Source: a virus
Lineage: Duplodnaviria; Heunggongvirae; Uroviricota; Caudoviricetes
Strand: one strand, 5' to 3'
DNA length: 47,964 nucleotides
IMG/VR virus record: IMGVR_UViG_645951848_000002
Part shown: positions 8,726-18,411 of the stretch, piece by piece
Layout: the number at the start of each line of letters is the position of its first letter
Numbering within the stretch: position 1 is the first letter of the stretch
The notes under the pieces: generated by a model
Database searches by the model: none
What the model was told of the DNA's origin: nothing
What the model saw: only the letters and a program-made list of their open reading frames with translations
Translations under genes and position numbers: made by a program

Positions 8726-10591
8726 CTAATTTGTTATTTGTACATAATTTTTTAATTCTGCCATTATTTTTTGTTTAGACATTTCTGCAGTTTTTTCTAA
8801 ATCCGCTTCATTTTTTATTATGACTCCACCCATATTAAGATTTACTTGAGGAGAAAAATTAGTAGTTGCTGCTATAGGTGCTTTGACACCTAAATCTGCA
8901 AAAGCTTTTTCATATTCAGATTTTGGCTTTTTAGGTATAGGAGAATTTAATGAATTTACACTTTTATTTTTTATTAAAGTTTCTTGTCGTTTTAGATCTT
9001 CAGGAGTTAATCCAAGAGCACTTAATCCTATTGTATTATTTTTAAGTCTATTTAATTGTGACTCGTCTAAAGATAAAACTATCTGATTTTTTTCGATTTC
9101 AATTTGTTTTTGATAATCTTCAGATTTCCAACCTCTCATTTTACTTTCTCTTTCAACGTCTAATCTAGCTTGTTTATCAGCTTCTTCTCTAGAATACCCT
9201 TGCTTCATATATTTATTAGTGTATTGTGAAATTTTAACTCCATCAGCAGCACTTTTTGATAATCCAGTCTTATTATCAATCCATCTTCCAAGTTTCCAAC
9301 CTCCAAATGCACCCACAACTGGTAATCCTGCACCAGCAAATATTGATTCTGCCATTGCTGCTACTTTTAGTGCAGCAAAACCTTGTATAGCTTCAGATAA
9401 AAAATTAAAAATTTTATTAAAATAAGCTTCAACATTTTCTGTATTAAAAGTTCCTTTAGAATTCAACTCAGCCATTTTAGAAGTAAACTTATTTATAAAG
9501 TCAACTGCTGTTGGAGCCAACCCTTCTCCTATTGATATTTTTAAATCTTCAACAGCACTTCTAAATTGAGCTAGTTTATCTTTTGTGTTATCACTCATTT
9601 CTTTTGCAAATCTATCTGTAGCACCTGTTGCATTTTTTATAGCATTTTCTGCTTTTTCTACCCCTTCTTTCGAAGTTCCTAATAAACTATTCATTACTTT
9701 TAAACCTTCAGAGCCTGCTATTGTAGTCAAAAATAAATTTCTTTGCTCATCACTCATCTGTGCTAGTTTAGGCTTTAATTCTTCTAAAATTTTTCTTAAT
9801 CCTTTAAACTTACCATTGTTATCATAAAGAGTTACTCCAAGCTTTTTTAAAGCAGCATCCATATCTGGAGTTGTTTTTGAAAGTCTTGCATAAATTGATG
9901 CTAAGTTTCTTCCTGCTATAGAACCTTTAAGCCCACTATCTGCTAATAATCCTAGAATAATATTTGTTTCTTCTAAACTTTCAAAATTTCTTGAAGTTGA
10001 TGCAACATACTTATAAGCTTCTCCTAGTTGTGCAATACTTGTATTTGTATTGTTTGCTGTTGCGGCCATAACATCCATAAATCTATCAGCATCTTGCAAT
10101 GTTAATCCAAAAGCACTTATATTATCAGTAAGAAGGTCTGATGTACTAGCTAAATCTTCTCCAGATGCAATAGAAAGTTTTAAAAGTTTAGGTGTCATTT
10201 CCAGTACTTCATTAGTTTTCATTCCAGCCATAGCTTGATACATTTGAGCTTGTGCTACTTCTTGTGCTGTAAATCTTGTACTTCTCCCAAGTTCTCTTGT
10301 TTGAGTCATTAGCATATTTTCTTCAGCAGCTGTTGCTCCCATAATAGCTTTGTTTCTTCTGACTTGATCCTCTAAATCTGCAAATGCTGTTAAAGAGCTT
10401 CCAGCTATAGCACCTAATCCAACTAATCCTCCTGCAGCAACAGCTCCAAATTTATTTAAACCACTATTAACCTTTTCCCAGTTCATAGATTTAGCTTTTT
10501 GATAAAGTCCAGCAAGCCCTTTTTCGGCTTTATTTATAACTGCAGTAAATTTATCTTTAAGTTCTAGTCTAGCACTTAGTACATGTTCCAA
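8726..10591 (-). CDS. Tail tape measure protein (TP901 family)
   Basis: TRFTAQEVAQAQMYQAMAG, GIKG-like GLKGSIAGRNL, Ala/Gly-rich helical sequence. Confidence 0.92.
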   Translation of the reverse strand: MEHVLSARLELKDKFTAVINKAEKGLAGLYQKAKSMNWEKVNSGLNKFGAVAAGGLVGLGAIAGSSLTAFADLEDQVRRNKAIMGATAAEENMLMTQTRELGRSTRFTAQEVAQAQMYQAMAGMKTNEVLEMTPKLLKLSIASGEDLASTSDLLTDNISAFGLTLQDADRFMDVMAATANNTNTSIAQLGEAYKYVASTSRNFESLEETNIILGLLADSGLKGSIAGRNLASIYARLSKTTPDMDAALKKLGVTLYDNNGKFKGLRKILEELKPKLAQMSDEQRNLFLTTIAGSEGLKVMNSLLGTSKEGVEKAENAIKNATGATDRFAKEMSDNTKDKLAQFRSAVEDLKISIGEGLAPTAVDFINKFTSKMAELNSKGTFNTENVEAYFNKIFNFLSEAIQGFAALKVAAMAESIFAGAGLPVVGAFGGWKLGRWIDNKTGLSKSAADGVKISQYTNKYMKQGYSREEADKQARLDVERESKMRGWKSEDYQKQIEIEKNQIVLSLDESQLNRLKNNTIGLSALGLTPEDLKRQETLIKNKSVNSLNSPIPKKPKSEYEKAFADLGVKAPIAATTNFSPQVNLNMGGVIIKNEADLEKTAEMSKQKIMAELKNYVQITN

Positions 10592-10607
10592 TTTTTCACC
10601 TCCAAAT

Positions 10608-10635
10608 AAAAAAGAGGAGCTTTTATACTCCTCTT
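10608..10635 (-). terminator. Intrinsic terminator closing the Rha moron
   Basis: AAGAGGAG/CTCCTCTT stem with an A-tract. Confidence 0.7.
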
Positions 10636-10643
10636 AGTGTTTA

Positions 10644-11501
10644 TTATTTCTTGTTCTTTCCTAAAATATTTCCATATTTCATACCATAAAATGGTGTTAG
10701 CATAGTATCTCTTTTAAGGTCATTTAATTTATCTATTCTGTTGTACAAAGGTAATAATTGTTCTTCATAGATTTTTTCTATTTGACTTTCAAATTGATAT
10801 GCCTTAACCATACATTCATACATCTCATTATAGTATTTATCATTGAATGGTTTATCAATAACTTTACATTCAATTCTGTTATCAGTTCTAAAATAATTTT
10901 CTATGAAATCTTTGTATTTTTCATATACTCCATATCTCTTACAAATCCAAATGACAACTTCCTTAAAAAGTAAACTTACAGAACTTGCTGAAGCATAATA
11001 ATTATTTGAGTTTTCTTCTTTATACTCTAAAAAATCTCTATGTCTTAAAGTTATCTTATCTTTTCTTAAATTAGTATGAATAAGACATCTATCAATACCT
11101 GTTAATTTTTCTAGTTCTGAAACTTCCATAACAGGAACACCTCTCCAAGTTGTAGGTTTTATTTCTGAGAAAGGTAGCTTTTCTTGCTTTCCTACTTTTA
11201 AGGCTTGTTCCATTCTGTTGAACTCATTTATGTAAGCCATCTTAAAATCATTGTACCCTTGAATATTAAACATATATAATGTGAAGCCATCTTTTGTTAG
11301 TAAATATTCTTTATAATTTCTTTTTTGACCTTTTACTTGATAATTGCTTGGTATTATTAGAGAACGGAAATCTCCTTTTTCTAAAATATTATTTAAGCTA
11401 TCCAAAACATCAGAATGATTTTTTCCTAATTCCTTAGCTACAACTCTACTACTTACAACATTAATACCATTTTTACTTTCAATCTTTACTACATAATTCA
11501 T
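10644..11501 (-). CDS. Rha family phage regulatory/antirepressor protein
   Basis: VVSSRVVAKELGKNHSDVL, EYLLTKDGFT, FKMAYINEFNRME; likely start is MNYVVK (11501) after AAGGAGG, not 11576. Confidence 0.85.
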   Translation of the reverse strand: MNYVVKIESKNGINVVSSRVVAKELGKNHSDVLDSLNNILEKGDFRSLIIPSNYQVKGQKRNYKEYLLTKDGFTLYMFNIQGYNDFKMAYINEFNRMEQALKVGKQEKLPFSEIKPTTWRGVPVMEVSELEKLTGIDRCLIHTNLRKDKITLRHRDFLEYKEENSNNYYASASSVSLLFKEVVIWICKRYGVYEKYKDFIENYFRTDNRIECKVIDKPFNDKYYNEMYECMVKAYQFESQIEKIYEEQLLPLYNRIDKLNDLKRDTMLTPFYGMKYGNILGKNKK

Positions 11502-11606
11502 TTTTATTCCTCCTTGAATTTTAAGGGGAAATGTAGTACAATTTACTTGCGAGGTAGTTGTACTACTTGTCCCCATATTTTGTCTATACGATAAGAGTGG
11601 GGACTT

Positions 11607-11783
11607 TTATTTTTTCTTTATTATTATTTCTTTTGTTTCTTGTTTATAAGTCAGTTCTATTTCGTTATTTTCCTTGGTTATACCCATATCATTAATCCAT
11701 TCATTATTAAGAATTATTCTAGCAGCATAACCTCCAGTACCTCCTTTATTAAAATTTACTTTTTTTATTATCTTTTCTTTCAT
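11607..11783 (-). CDS. Small AbrB/MazE-like DNA-binding protein (58 aa, not in the ORF track)
   Basis: My translation MKEKIIKKVNFNKGGTGGYAARIILNNEWINDMGITKENNEIELTYKQETKEIIIKKK; GAGGAG RBS; promoter upstream. Confidence 0.65.
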   Translation of the reverse strand: MKEKIIKKVNFNKGGTGGYAARIILNNEWINDMGITKENNEIELTYKQETKEIIIKKK

Positions 11784-11795
11784 CTCCTCACCTCT

Positions 11796-11842
11796 TTCGT
11801 ACGGATATTTTTATAATATCATATCGTACGAATGAAGTCAAG
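11796..11842 (-). promoter_or_regulatory. Promoter with paired CGTACG operator boxes
   Basis: TTGACT-17 bp-TATTAT on minus; inverted boxes TTCGTACG (11796-11803) and CGTACGAA (11825-11832). Confidence 0.65.
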
Positions 11843-11887
11843 AACAATTTTTAAATATGATATAATTTCTTTTGGGAGGTGATTATT

Positions 11888-12199
11888 ATGCATAAATTTC
11901 TTAAAGAATTTGAAAAATTAGAAAAAAGAACTAAAGATATGATAGAAAAAGAAAATGGTTCTCATGATATTTCAGATTTTCTAACTGATAACTTTATAAG
12001 GAAATATACTAAACTAAATTCTTTAGATGAGTTTTTAAATTTAGCTGGTATAGAAACTCAAAAAGACTTTGATACTAAAACATCTGAATTAGATGAAATC
12101 ACTAAAAAGTATTCTTCTTTTAGCTCTTTTCAAAAAATGCTAGATACTGCTGCTGAACAATATATGCAAAAAGTTCTGGATAAAGCTTGGAAATTATAA
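11888..12199 (+). CDS. Hypothetical moron protein, opposite strand to the late operon
   Basis: GGAGGTG RBS before the ATG at 11888; TGaTATAAT extended -10 upstream. Confidence 0.65.
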   Translation: MHKFLKEFEKLEKRTKDMIEKENGSHDISDFLTDNFIRKYTKLNSLDEFLNLAGIETQKDFDTKTSELDEITKKYSSFSSFQKMLDTAAEQYMQKVLDKAWKL

Positions 12200-12337
12200 T
12201 TTTACTTTTATTTCCATATTTTTTAATTCTTGCACTATTTCATCTTTTAAATTAGATAGATGAGATAGTGCTTTTTTATATAATTTTCTTTGATATCTTT
12301 TATTTTTTCTGCTTTTTTGCTTTGATTTTCTATTCAT
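12194..12337 (-). CDS. Small basic hypothetical protein (47 aa, not in the ORF track)
   Basis: MNRKSKQKSRKNKRYQRKLYKKALSHLSNLKDEIVQELKNMEIKVKL; AAGGAGG upstream. Confidence 0.45.
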   Translation of the reverse strand: MNRKSKQKSRKNKRYQRKLYKKALSHLSNLKDEIVQELKNMEIKVKL

Positions 12338-12421
12338 TTTTCATATGTCCTCCTTAAAAAGAAAAAGAGAGTTAAAAACTCTCTCTAATCTGTAAATTTA
12401 TTTTTAATGGTTAAAATTTTA

Positions 12422-12829
12422 CTAATCCCAATTATAATCCCAAGCATCTAACTTGCTTTTAGCATTATTGAAATTTAGATTTTTTATATTCATTTTTTCA
12501 ATAGTTTCACTCGTAGCATTAGTATTAGCAACTTTCATATTTTGGATAAAAAAGTTTATATCTACAACCCAATAATCTTTTGGAGAATATTTTTTCTTAA
12601 AATATGAAAATATTGTTTTTGTATCTTCTATAACGAATTTCCCAACTTGGTTAGACTCAGATGCTTTCACATTTAGTTTTAAAAAAATTATAACATTTTT
12701 CCCATCAACTTTTACCTCTACATTTGTGTAATCTGAATGTTTTAGTTTTATATTTCTCACTTCTTCTTCAGTAACTCCAAAACAAACAACAGAAACAAAA
12801 ATAAACAACATTAATAAAAACTTTTTCAT
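12422..12829 (-). CDS. Exported moron protein with a signal peptide
   Basis: MKKFLLMLFIFVSVVCFG N-terminus; own extended -10 (12865-12873) and hairpin terminator (about 12356-12384). Confidence 0.65.
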   Translation of the reverse strand: MKKFLLMLFIFVSVVCFGVTEEEVRNIKLKHSDYTNVEVKVDGKNVIIFLKLNVKASESNQVGKFVIEDTKTIFSYFKKKYSPKDYWVVDINFFIQNMKVANTNATSETIEKMNIKNLNFNNAKSKLDAWDYNWD

Positions 12830-12873
12830 AAATCTCTCCTCCTAAAATGAATTTAATATACTATATTATAGCA

Positions 12874-13361
12874 TTATTCTTTTAAAAGGTACATATAGAA
12901 TAAATCTTTTTCTGAGAGTTTTCTAAGTTGCTCTAAAGTATGTCCTCTATTCAAGTAATGAGCGACTGTACTTAATTTCCAGTCGCTCTCTATTAGTTTT
13001 TTGTTTCTTCAACAATACTAACTAAATCTTTTTCTCCATATCCAGAAGCTACTAAGATTAAATCTGCTAGTCTATAAATAGTGGGGTCTTTTAAGACTTT
13101 TTCAACAACTTGTGTTGGATTTGATTTACAACCTAGCTTTTCTATTAGCTTATCATCTCTAAAAATAGAACAAGAGTTATAAATTACTTCTAAATCCTTA
13201 TCTTTTTCTTTGGATAAGATTAAATCTAAGTAGTCTTCTTTGTTTAAAAGCTCACATTCTAAATCTCCATCTAATTCTTTTACATGAATTTTTATTTTTT
13301 CTCTTTTATCACTATTTATCTTTTTACTATTTTCAAGTAGCATTTCAGCTGTAACTAACAT
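12874..13361 (-). CDS. Tail assembly chaperone (XkdN-like, 12993-13361) with a -1 frameshift extension to 12874
   Basis: Position between tube and tape measure; A AAA AAC slippery site at 12996-13002, 9-bp stem-loop 7 nt downstream. Confidence 0.85.
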
Positions 13362-13370
13362 TTAAGCCTC

Positions 13371-13811
13371 CTATTTTATATCATTTTCATAAGCTAAATC
13401 TTCAGGAGTAAATCCAAATGGATACTCTTCTTCTATAACTTCTCCTCTAGCAATATTGATTAAATCTATTGAATTAAACCAAACATTGTCTAAAGATATT
13501 CTTTCTTCTTGCTTTCCAGGTGTATCAGGGTCTGCTAAGTTAGTAACTATCCTAACCCTTGGATCATGTCCTTTTATTAATTTATTAGCTATTTTTTTAC
13601 CTCTTGAATATACTTTTTCAAGAGTAATACTTCCTTCTCCCTTTAAAGCTACGATTTTACTATCCACAGATAGCCCTAACTGTACATCTTTTCTGTCTGG
13701 AGTAACTTTAGCATTAACTTTAGAAAATTCAGCTATTTTTTCATTATCTATCCAAAGAGTACCGTGAGCACCAGCAATAGTATGATAACCTCTTATACTT
13801 CTATCTGCCAT
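13371..13811 (-). CDS. Tail tube protein (XkdM-like)
   Basis: IAGAHGTLWID, GEGSITLEKVYSR, L.DPD, EEEYPFGF motifs. Confidence 0.88.
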   Translation of the reverse strand: MADRSIRGYHTIAGAHGTLWIDNEKIAEFSKVNAKVTPDRKDVQLGLSVDSKIVALKGEGSITLEKVYSRGKKIANKLIKGHDPRVRIVTNLADPDTPGKQEERISLDNVWFNSIDLINIARGEVIEEEYPFGFTPEDLAYENDIK

Positions 13812-13823
13812 TATAACCTCCTA

Positions 13824-14903
13824 TTACATCTTTATAACCAAGCTAAGATTTGCCATAGTATCTGCAAATCTAACATCTCCAGTTAAAAATACATCATCAC
13901 CAGATGGATATTTTAAGATTTCCATTTCTGTCATTTCTTCTGGGTCTTTTCCATCTAAAACAATCAATCTCTTTTGTGCTTCTAAGTCTATTTCAATCTT
14001 ATTGTCATAGTCTCCTGATAACACATTTGGAGCCATTTCTTTAAAGTAAACTTTTGTAACATTAGAGCAGAAATTCATTTTGTTATTGTAGTCATTTATG
14101 TAAATTCCTAACCAATAATTTTTAAATGTATCTCTTATGTCATCAGTTATAAAGCACATCCCTTCAACGATTTTGATTTTTCTTGTATCTTTCTTCCAAG
14201 TGCTATCGAAAGTAGTTTTTGAGTTAACACCATAATTAACTCTAACTTTTTCATCATCATTGTATAGAGAGAATTTACCAAGTTTTGGCTCAAAGTAATC
14301 TACTTCTTTTAAATCACTCATCACAAAGTTATCAGCAGAACGATTAAGAGGCATTCCAGCTATAAGTCCTGCTATTGCTGCAGTGTATTCTTGTGCTGTA
14401 AAATCTCCATAAATAGACTTATAAGTTCCTGTATTTCCAAGCTCTACTATTGCAACATGATCTGTATTATTAGCAAAGCTAGATACATATTTGACAGTCT
14501 TTCCTATTGCCCCATCATTTCCAAATACTTGTTTTGTCCAAGTTACAAGTTTTTGGTCATCTGCTTCTTCTGCTCCAGGATATGCTAACCAATGCATTTT
14601 TCTTTCTTTAAATTCACCTAGAACATCATCTAAGTTCTCTCCAGTTTGCAACACTCTTATTAATATTTTCTTAGCTCCATAGTGCATTGCTAATTTAATG
14701 TATTTAACATTTTTAGCTTCCCATTCATCATCTTTTAAATCAGCTATTGTTTTTAGAATATTCCATTTTATAGTTTTCTTAGTATCTTTTAATATTAAGC
14801 AAACTATACCTCTCTCACTTCTTTGAATAGCAGTTGTTGCAAGAGTTTTAAACTCTATATTAATGTTTGGACTAGCTTTTATTTGTCCTACTTCATTTCC
14901 CAT
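13824..14903 (-). CDS. Tail sheath protein (XkdK-like)
   Basis: AIQRSERGIVCLIL, RVNYGVNSKTT, KIKIVEGMCFI.DDI, Y.NDYNNK motifs. Confidence 0.88.
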   Translation of the reverse strand: MGNEVGQIKASPNINIEFKTLATTAIQRSERGIVCLILKDTKKTIKWNILKTIADLKDDEWEAKNVKYIKLAMHYGAKKILIRVLQTGENLDDVLGEFKERKMHWLAYPGAEEADDQKLVTWTKQVFGNDGAIGKTVKYVSSFANNTDHVAIVELGNTGTYKSIYGDFTAQEYTAAIAGLIAGMPLNRSADNFVMSDLKEVDYFEPKLGKFSLYNDDEKVRVNYGVNSKTTFDSTWKKDTRKIKIVEGMCFITDDIRDTFKNYWLGIYINDYNNKMNFCSNVTKVYFKEMAPNVLSGDYDNKIEIDLEAQKRLIVLDGKDPEEMTEMEILKYPSGDDVFLTGDVRFADTMANLSLVIKM

Positions 14904-15352
14904 TAATTGCTACCTCCTTCTTTAAATCTTAATTCTAAATCATTCATTAATTCATAATCATAAGGTTTTCCATATAAATCATATAAACTTAGTGTAAATA
15001 CATAATGACCAACTCTATCTACAATTTTTATATCTGTATTTCTTAAAGTTAGAAATCTATCTAGTACATGTAAAACCTTTTTACCTTCTATTTCCAAAGC
15101 ATTATCTAAGTTTTCTAAATTCTCTAATATCTCAGCATTAGTTAGCTTTCCATTAGTTTTTGGATAGTAGATAATATCAACATCTATTGTTTTTAGCTCT
15201 CTATATTCAGAGTTAAACTCTTTTTTATAGCTAACTAAGTCAATATAAAAGCAAGGCTTTTTGACATTATCTATATCCTCACTGTATGGGTTTACTTTTA
15301 GTTTTTCAGAAATAATCTCATTTAATGCATTCCTTATATCTGCCCATTTCAT
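14903..15352 (-). CDS. Tail terminator-like protein
   Basis: Position; KKPCFYIDLV, IDVDIIYYP motifs. Confidence 0.65.
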   Translation of the reverse strand: MKWADIRNALNEIISEKLKVNPYSEDIDNVKKPCFYIDLVSYKKEFNSEYRELKTIDVDIIYYPKTNGKLTNAEILENLENLDNALEIEGKKVLHVLDRFLTLRNTDIKIVDRVGHYVFTLSLYDLYGKPYDYELMNDLELRFKEGGSN

Positions 15353-15729
15353 TTTTTTATCAATCCTCCATAAAAATTTTTTAAATCTTTATAGAATTTA
15401 ATTTGTCTCATAGATACAGCTGTTCTAAGCATAAATCTACCTTTAACAAATTTTGTTTTGCTTCTTCCAACTCTATGACCATACTCAACATGATGAGCAT
15501 AATTAGTCATGTTAAATACAATTTGAGAGAATGTATTTCCAGTTAATCTCTTTCCGTTTTCTCTTTGCCAAGCATTTTTTAAAGTTCCAGTGTCGACAGG
15601 TGTTAGATTCTTAACATCTTTTTTTAAATCTTCAGCTTGTAACATTAAAAATTTTTCAGTAGCTTGTGGAGCCTTTGTTTTTATTTCATCAAGAATTTTA
15701 TCGAATTCCTTAAATCCTTTAAGTTCCAT
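15349..15729 (-). CDS. HK97 gp10-like tail completion protein
   Basis: TPVDTGTLKNAW, YAHHVEYGHR, VKGRFML motifs. Confidence 0.88.
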   Translation of the reverse strand: MELKGFKEFDKILDEIKTKAPQATEKFLMLQAEDLKKDVKNLTPVDTGTLKNAWQRENGKRLTGNTFSQIVFNMTNYAHHVEYGHRVGRSKTKFVKGRFMLRTAVSMRQIKFYKDLKNFYGGLIKK

Positions 15730-16084
15730 AATTTACCTCGTTTTCAGAAATTTCTATTAAAGCTATTTCTTTGTGTTTTATGATGTTATAAGCTAAAGGT
15801 TTTGATGCCTTGAACATATAAACAGCTCCATCGGCTTTTCTTATAACTTTAAGTAAATCATTTTGTTTTATATCGACATCTAAACCTACAAAGAGTTTAT
15901 ATTCTTGACCACTACTATTAATCATTCCTGGAGTTACACTTTTCAACCATTTTTGTGAAAGTCTACAAGGGATATCTTTTAATATTTCTCTTAGTTCTTC
16001 AAAAGCACCTCCATACTCATCTATAACAGTAACAGACCTAACAACAGTAACTCTATCAGTATGTAACTTATCTAAAATACTCAT
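15719..16084 (-). CDS. Head closure / head-tail adaptor protein
   Basis: Position; IPCRLSQK, YKLFVGLDVDIKQND motifs. Confidence 0.65.
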   Translation of the reverse strand: MSILDKLHTDRVTVVRSVTVIDEYGGAFEELREILKDIPCRLSQKWLKSVTPGMINSSGQEYKLFVGLDVDIKQNDLLKVIRKADGAVYMFKASKPLAYNIIKHKEIALIEISENEVNYGT

Positions 16085-16410
16085 ACTGTACCAACCTTTC
16101 TAAACCTAAATAATTGGCTTTTTAAAGATAGAAACATTTCATCAGTTGTATTATTAGATGTGCTATATTCTATCGTGGTATCTCCTTCTGTTACCTTAGA
16201 AATATTGCCTTTTATTTCAGTTTCTTCAATAATTTTTAATGCCAAATGCTCTGCAACAGGATCTATTAATTCTTTTGGAAAATCATCTCTATTCATAAAG
16301 TTTAAAGCTTTTCTAACTAAAATGGTTACTTGAATTTTCAATCTAGCCTCATTGCTAATATTTGTTAATTCTTTCACTTTTTCAATTATTTTGTTGTAAA
16401 TTTCTTCCAT
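16081..16410 (-). CDS. Head-tail connector protein (gp6-like)
   Basis: NFMNRDDFP.EL, ISKVTEGDTTIEY motifs. Confidence 0.75.
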   Translation of the reverse strand: MEEIYNKIIEKVKELTNISNEARLKIQVTILVRKALNFMNRDDFPKELIDPVAEHLALKIIEETEIKGNISKVTEGDTTIEYSTSNNTTDEMFLSLKSQLFRFRKVGTV

Positions 16411-16444
16411 GTTTAACCTCCTAATATGAAAAAAGCAGGAGTTT

Positions 16445-16669
16445 TTATTCTCCTGCCTCTCTCACAAGGTTATTATTTCTCAATAATTCTATTTCATTTT
16501 CATCAGATGTTGAGTAAACTCCATTTTTGAATTGAATAGAAGTTCCGGCTATAATTAAGTTTTTATAACTAGAAAGAAAAGTTGTTTCTTCTTTTTCTTC
16601 TACTATATCATTTACTTCATTTAATTCTTCAATCACTTCTTCATTTTGCTTTTTGTTATCTTTTGCCAT
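16445..16669 (-). CDS. Small acidic hypothetical protein after the capsid gene
   Basis: ORF with GGAGG RBS. Confidence 0.6.
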   Translation of the reverse strand: MAKDNKKQNEEVIEELNEVNDIVEEKEETTFLSSYKNLIIAGTSIQFKNGVYSTSDENEIELLRNNNLVREAGE

Positions 16670-16678
16670 TACAACCTC

Positions 16679-17818
16679 CTATGATATTTTTACATTTTTA
16701 ACATGTACTTGGAATGGTAAATTCTTTATTTGATGTGCATATTCCCCATGTAAGAAGTAATTATCTGCTAGAGCAGTTTTAGCTCCTTCTTCTTCTTTTA
16801 TTGGATATAATTGTCTTAAACTAACATCATTTAAGTGAATTAATAAAAATTCGTTTGGTGCTAGAGATGTAGCAGGAAATACAGATACGGTCCCTGATGT
16901 TGTGACTATTTGTTCTATTGTAGTTCCTGTTACTTTATCAGTTATATTTGATCTAACATTATCTTTATTTAATTTATTAATAGTTCTTAAAATTAAATAA
17001 GGAACACATAAAAAATATTTATTTGCTTTTAAATTAGCAGAACCAGGATTTCCTTTGTCCACTATTGCTTTTACAGCATTATCTAATAAATCTAATGTGA
17101 AAGGTTGATTATTAGCATCTAAAACTATTCCATGTTCTTTAATTAAAGATTTAATACCTCCAGACATTCTTAATTTACCATTTACATACTTAACTCCATT
17201 TAAAAGTTTATTTTCCATAATTCCTAGCATCTCATCTTTTTTCTTTTGAGATTCAACTTCTCTTACAGAAAGACCACTTTGTCCATGTGGATTTATATGT
17301 TTAGCAGTTTCAGTTACTTCATATTCTTCATATATGATTCCTGTGTTATTTGTTATGTGAACAGGTAATCTAACAGAAGACTTTTTAAGTTCTCCACCTT
17401 CTTCCATTTCAATTCCTAAACTTTGAACTATTGTATTTGCTACTATATTTCCAGCAGTAGAAGTTGTTCCAGCATAACCTCTTGTAACATCTGCCTTGTT
17501 ATCTGTTTTTACTTTTGTTATTTTTACAATTTCATCTCCAATTGATAACAGAGCATCTTGAACTAAAATATCTTCATCTACTACTTGAATTTCAGTTGCT
17601 CCCGCACTTAAAGCAACTTTTAAACTAGATGTTGTTTTTCTTTCATAGTGATCTATCCATTCTATTGTTGTAGATGTTGTTTCACTTACTCTTCCACCTC
17701 TTAAAACATGAGATATGATAGGTGAATTATTAGGATTTACTAATTGTAATTCATCTAAAATATCATTTGATATCGCTTGATTTGTTGAGTTTAATTGTTT
17801 ATCTATTTTTCCTGCCAT
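16679..17818 (-). CDS. Major capsid protein (SU10/DUF5309-like)
   Basis: Follows scaffold; TIEWIDH, VTRGYAGTT, NNTGIIYEE.EVT.TA, RMSGGI, GEY motifs. Confidence 0.82.
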   Translation of the reverse strand: MAGKIDKQLNSTNQAISNDILDELQLVNPNNSPIISHVLRGGRVSETTSTTIEWIDHYERKTTSSLKVALSAGATEIQVVDEDILVQDALLSIGDEIVKITKVKTDNKADVTRGYAGTTSTAGNIVANTIVQSLGIEMEEGGELKKSSVRLPVHITNNTGIIYEEYEVTETAKHINPHGQSGLSVREVESQKKKDEMLGIMENKLLNGVKYVNGKLRMSGGIKSLIKEHGIVLDANNQPFTLDLLDNAVKAIVDKGNPGSANLKANKYFLCVPYLILRTINKLNKDNVRSNITDKVTGTTIEQIVTTSGTVSVFPATSLAPNEFLLIHLNDVSLRQLYPIKEEEGAKTALADNYFLHGEYAHQIKNLPFQVHVKNVKIS

Positions 17819-18411
17819 TATTCATTACCTCCTGAGTTTTCTAATTCTTGTTTTGCTCTTGTATAGTTAGCTCTATCTATTTCTGAGCCACTTTCATAAG
17901 CTTTTTGTCTTAATTCTTCTAATTTAGCCTTTTTATCGATACCGCTACTACCACCATTCATAGCTCCTGGTACTCCACTAGCACCAAGAGATTTTACATA
18001 TTCTCCCATTGTTTCTACAAAACCCTTAACAGATGCCTCTATTTCTTCTTCGTTAGCTCCAGAAATTCTATCTAAAAATTTATCTGGCATTTTATACTTT
18101 GCTAATGTAGTTCTTTTGATTTCATCTGTCTTTATTTTTGAAAGTTCAGCATTCTTTGCATCTAAGTCTTTTTGAATCTTTTCAAGTTCTTTTTTATGCT
18201 TTTCTTCTGCAGTAAGATTAGCATTTTTAATTCTTTCTTCATAATCTTCAATAGTTTCATCATGCTTTCTTTCAAGTTCTTTTTTAGCCTTTTCAAACTT
18301 TTCATTTTCTCTTTTAAGTCTAGTTTCAATCATTTTGTCAACTTCTTCTTGAGTAAATGTTTTTGGTTCTCCTTCAGCAAATTGTTGAATATTAAGTTTA
18401 AATCTTTTCAT
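17818..18411 (-). CDS. Capsid scaffolding protein (DUF4355-like)
   Basis: KLNIQQFAEG, KTFTQEEVD.MI..RL.RE motifs; coiled coil. Confidence 0.85.
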   Translation of the reverse strand: MKRFKLNIQQFAEGEPKTFTQEEVDKMIETRLKRENEKFEKAKKELERKHDETIEDYEERIKNANLTAEEKHKKELEKIQKDLDAKNAELSKIKTDEIKRTTLAKYKMPDKFLDRISGANEEEIEASVKGFVETMGEYVKSLGASGVPGAMNGGSSGIDKKAKLEELRQKAYESGSEIDRANYTRAKQELENSGGNE

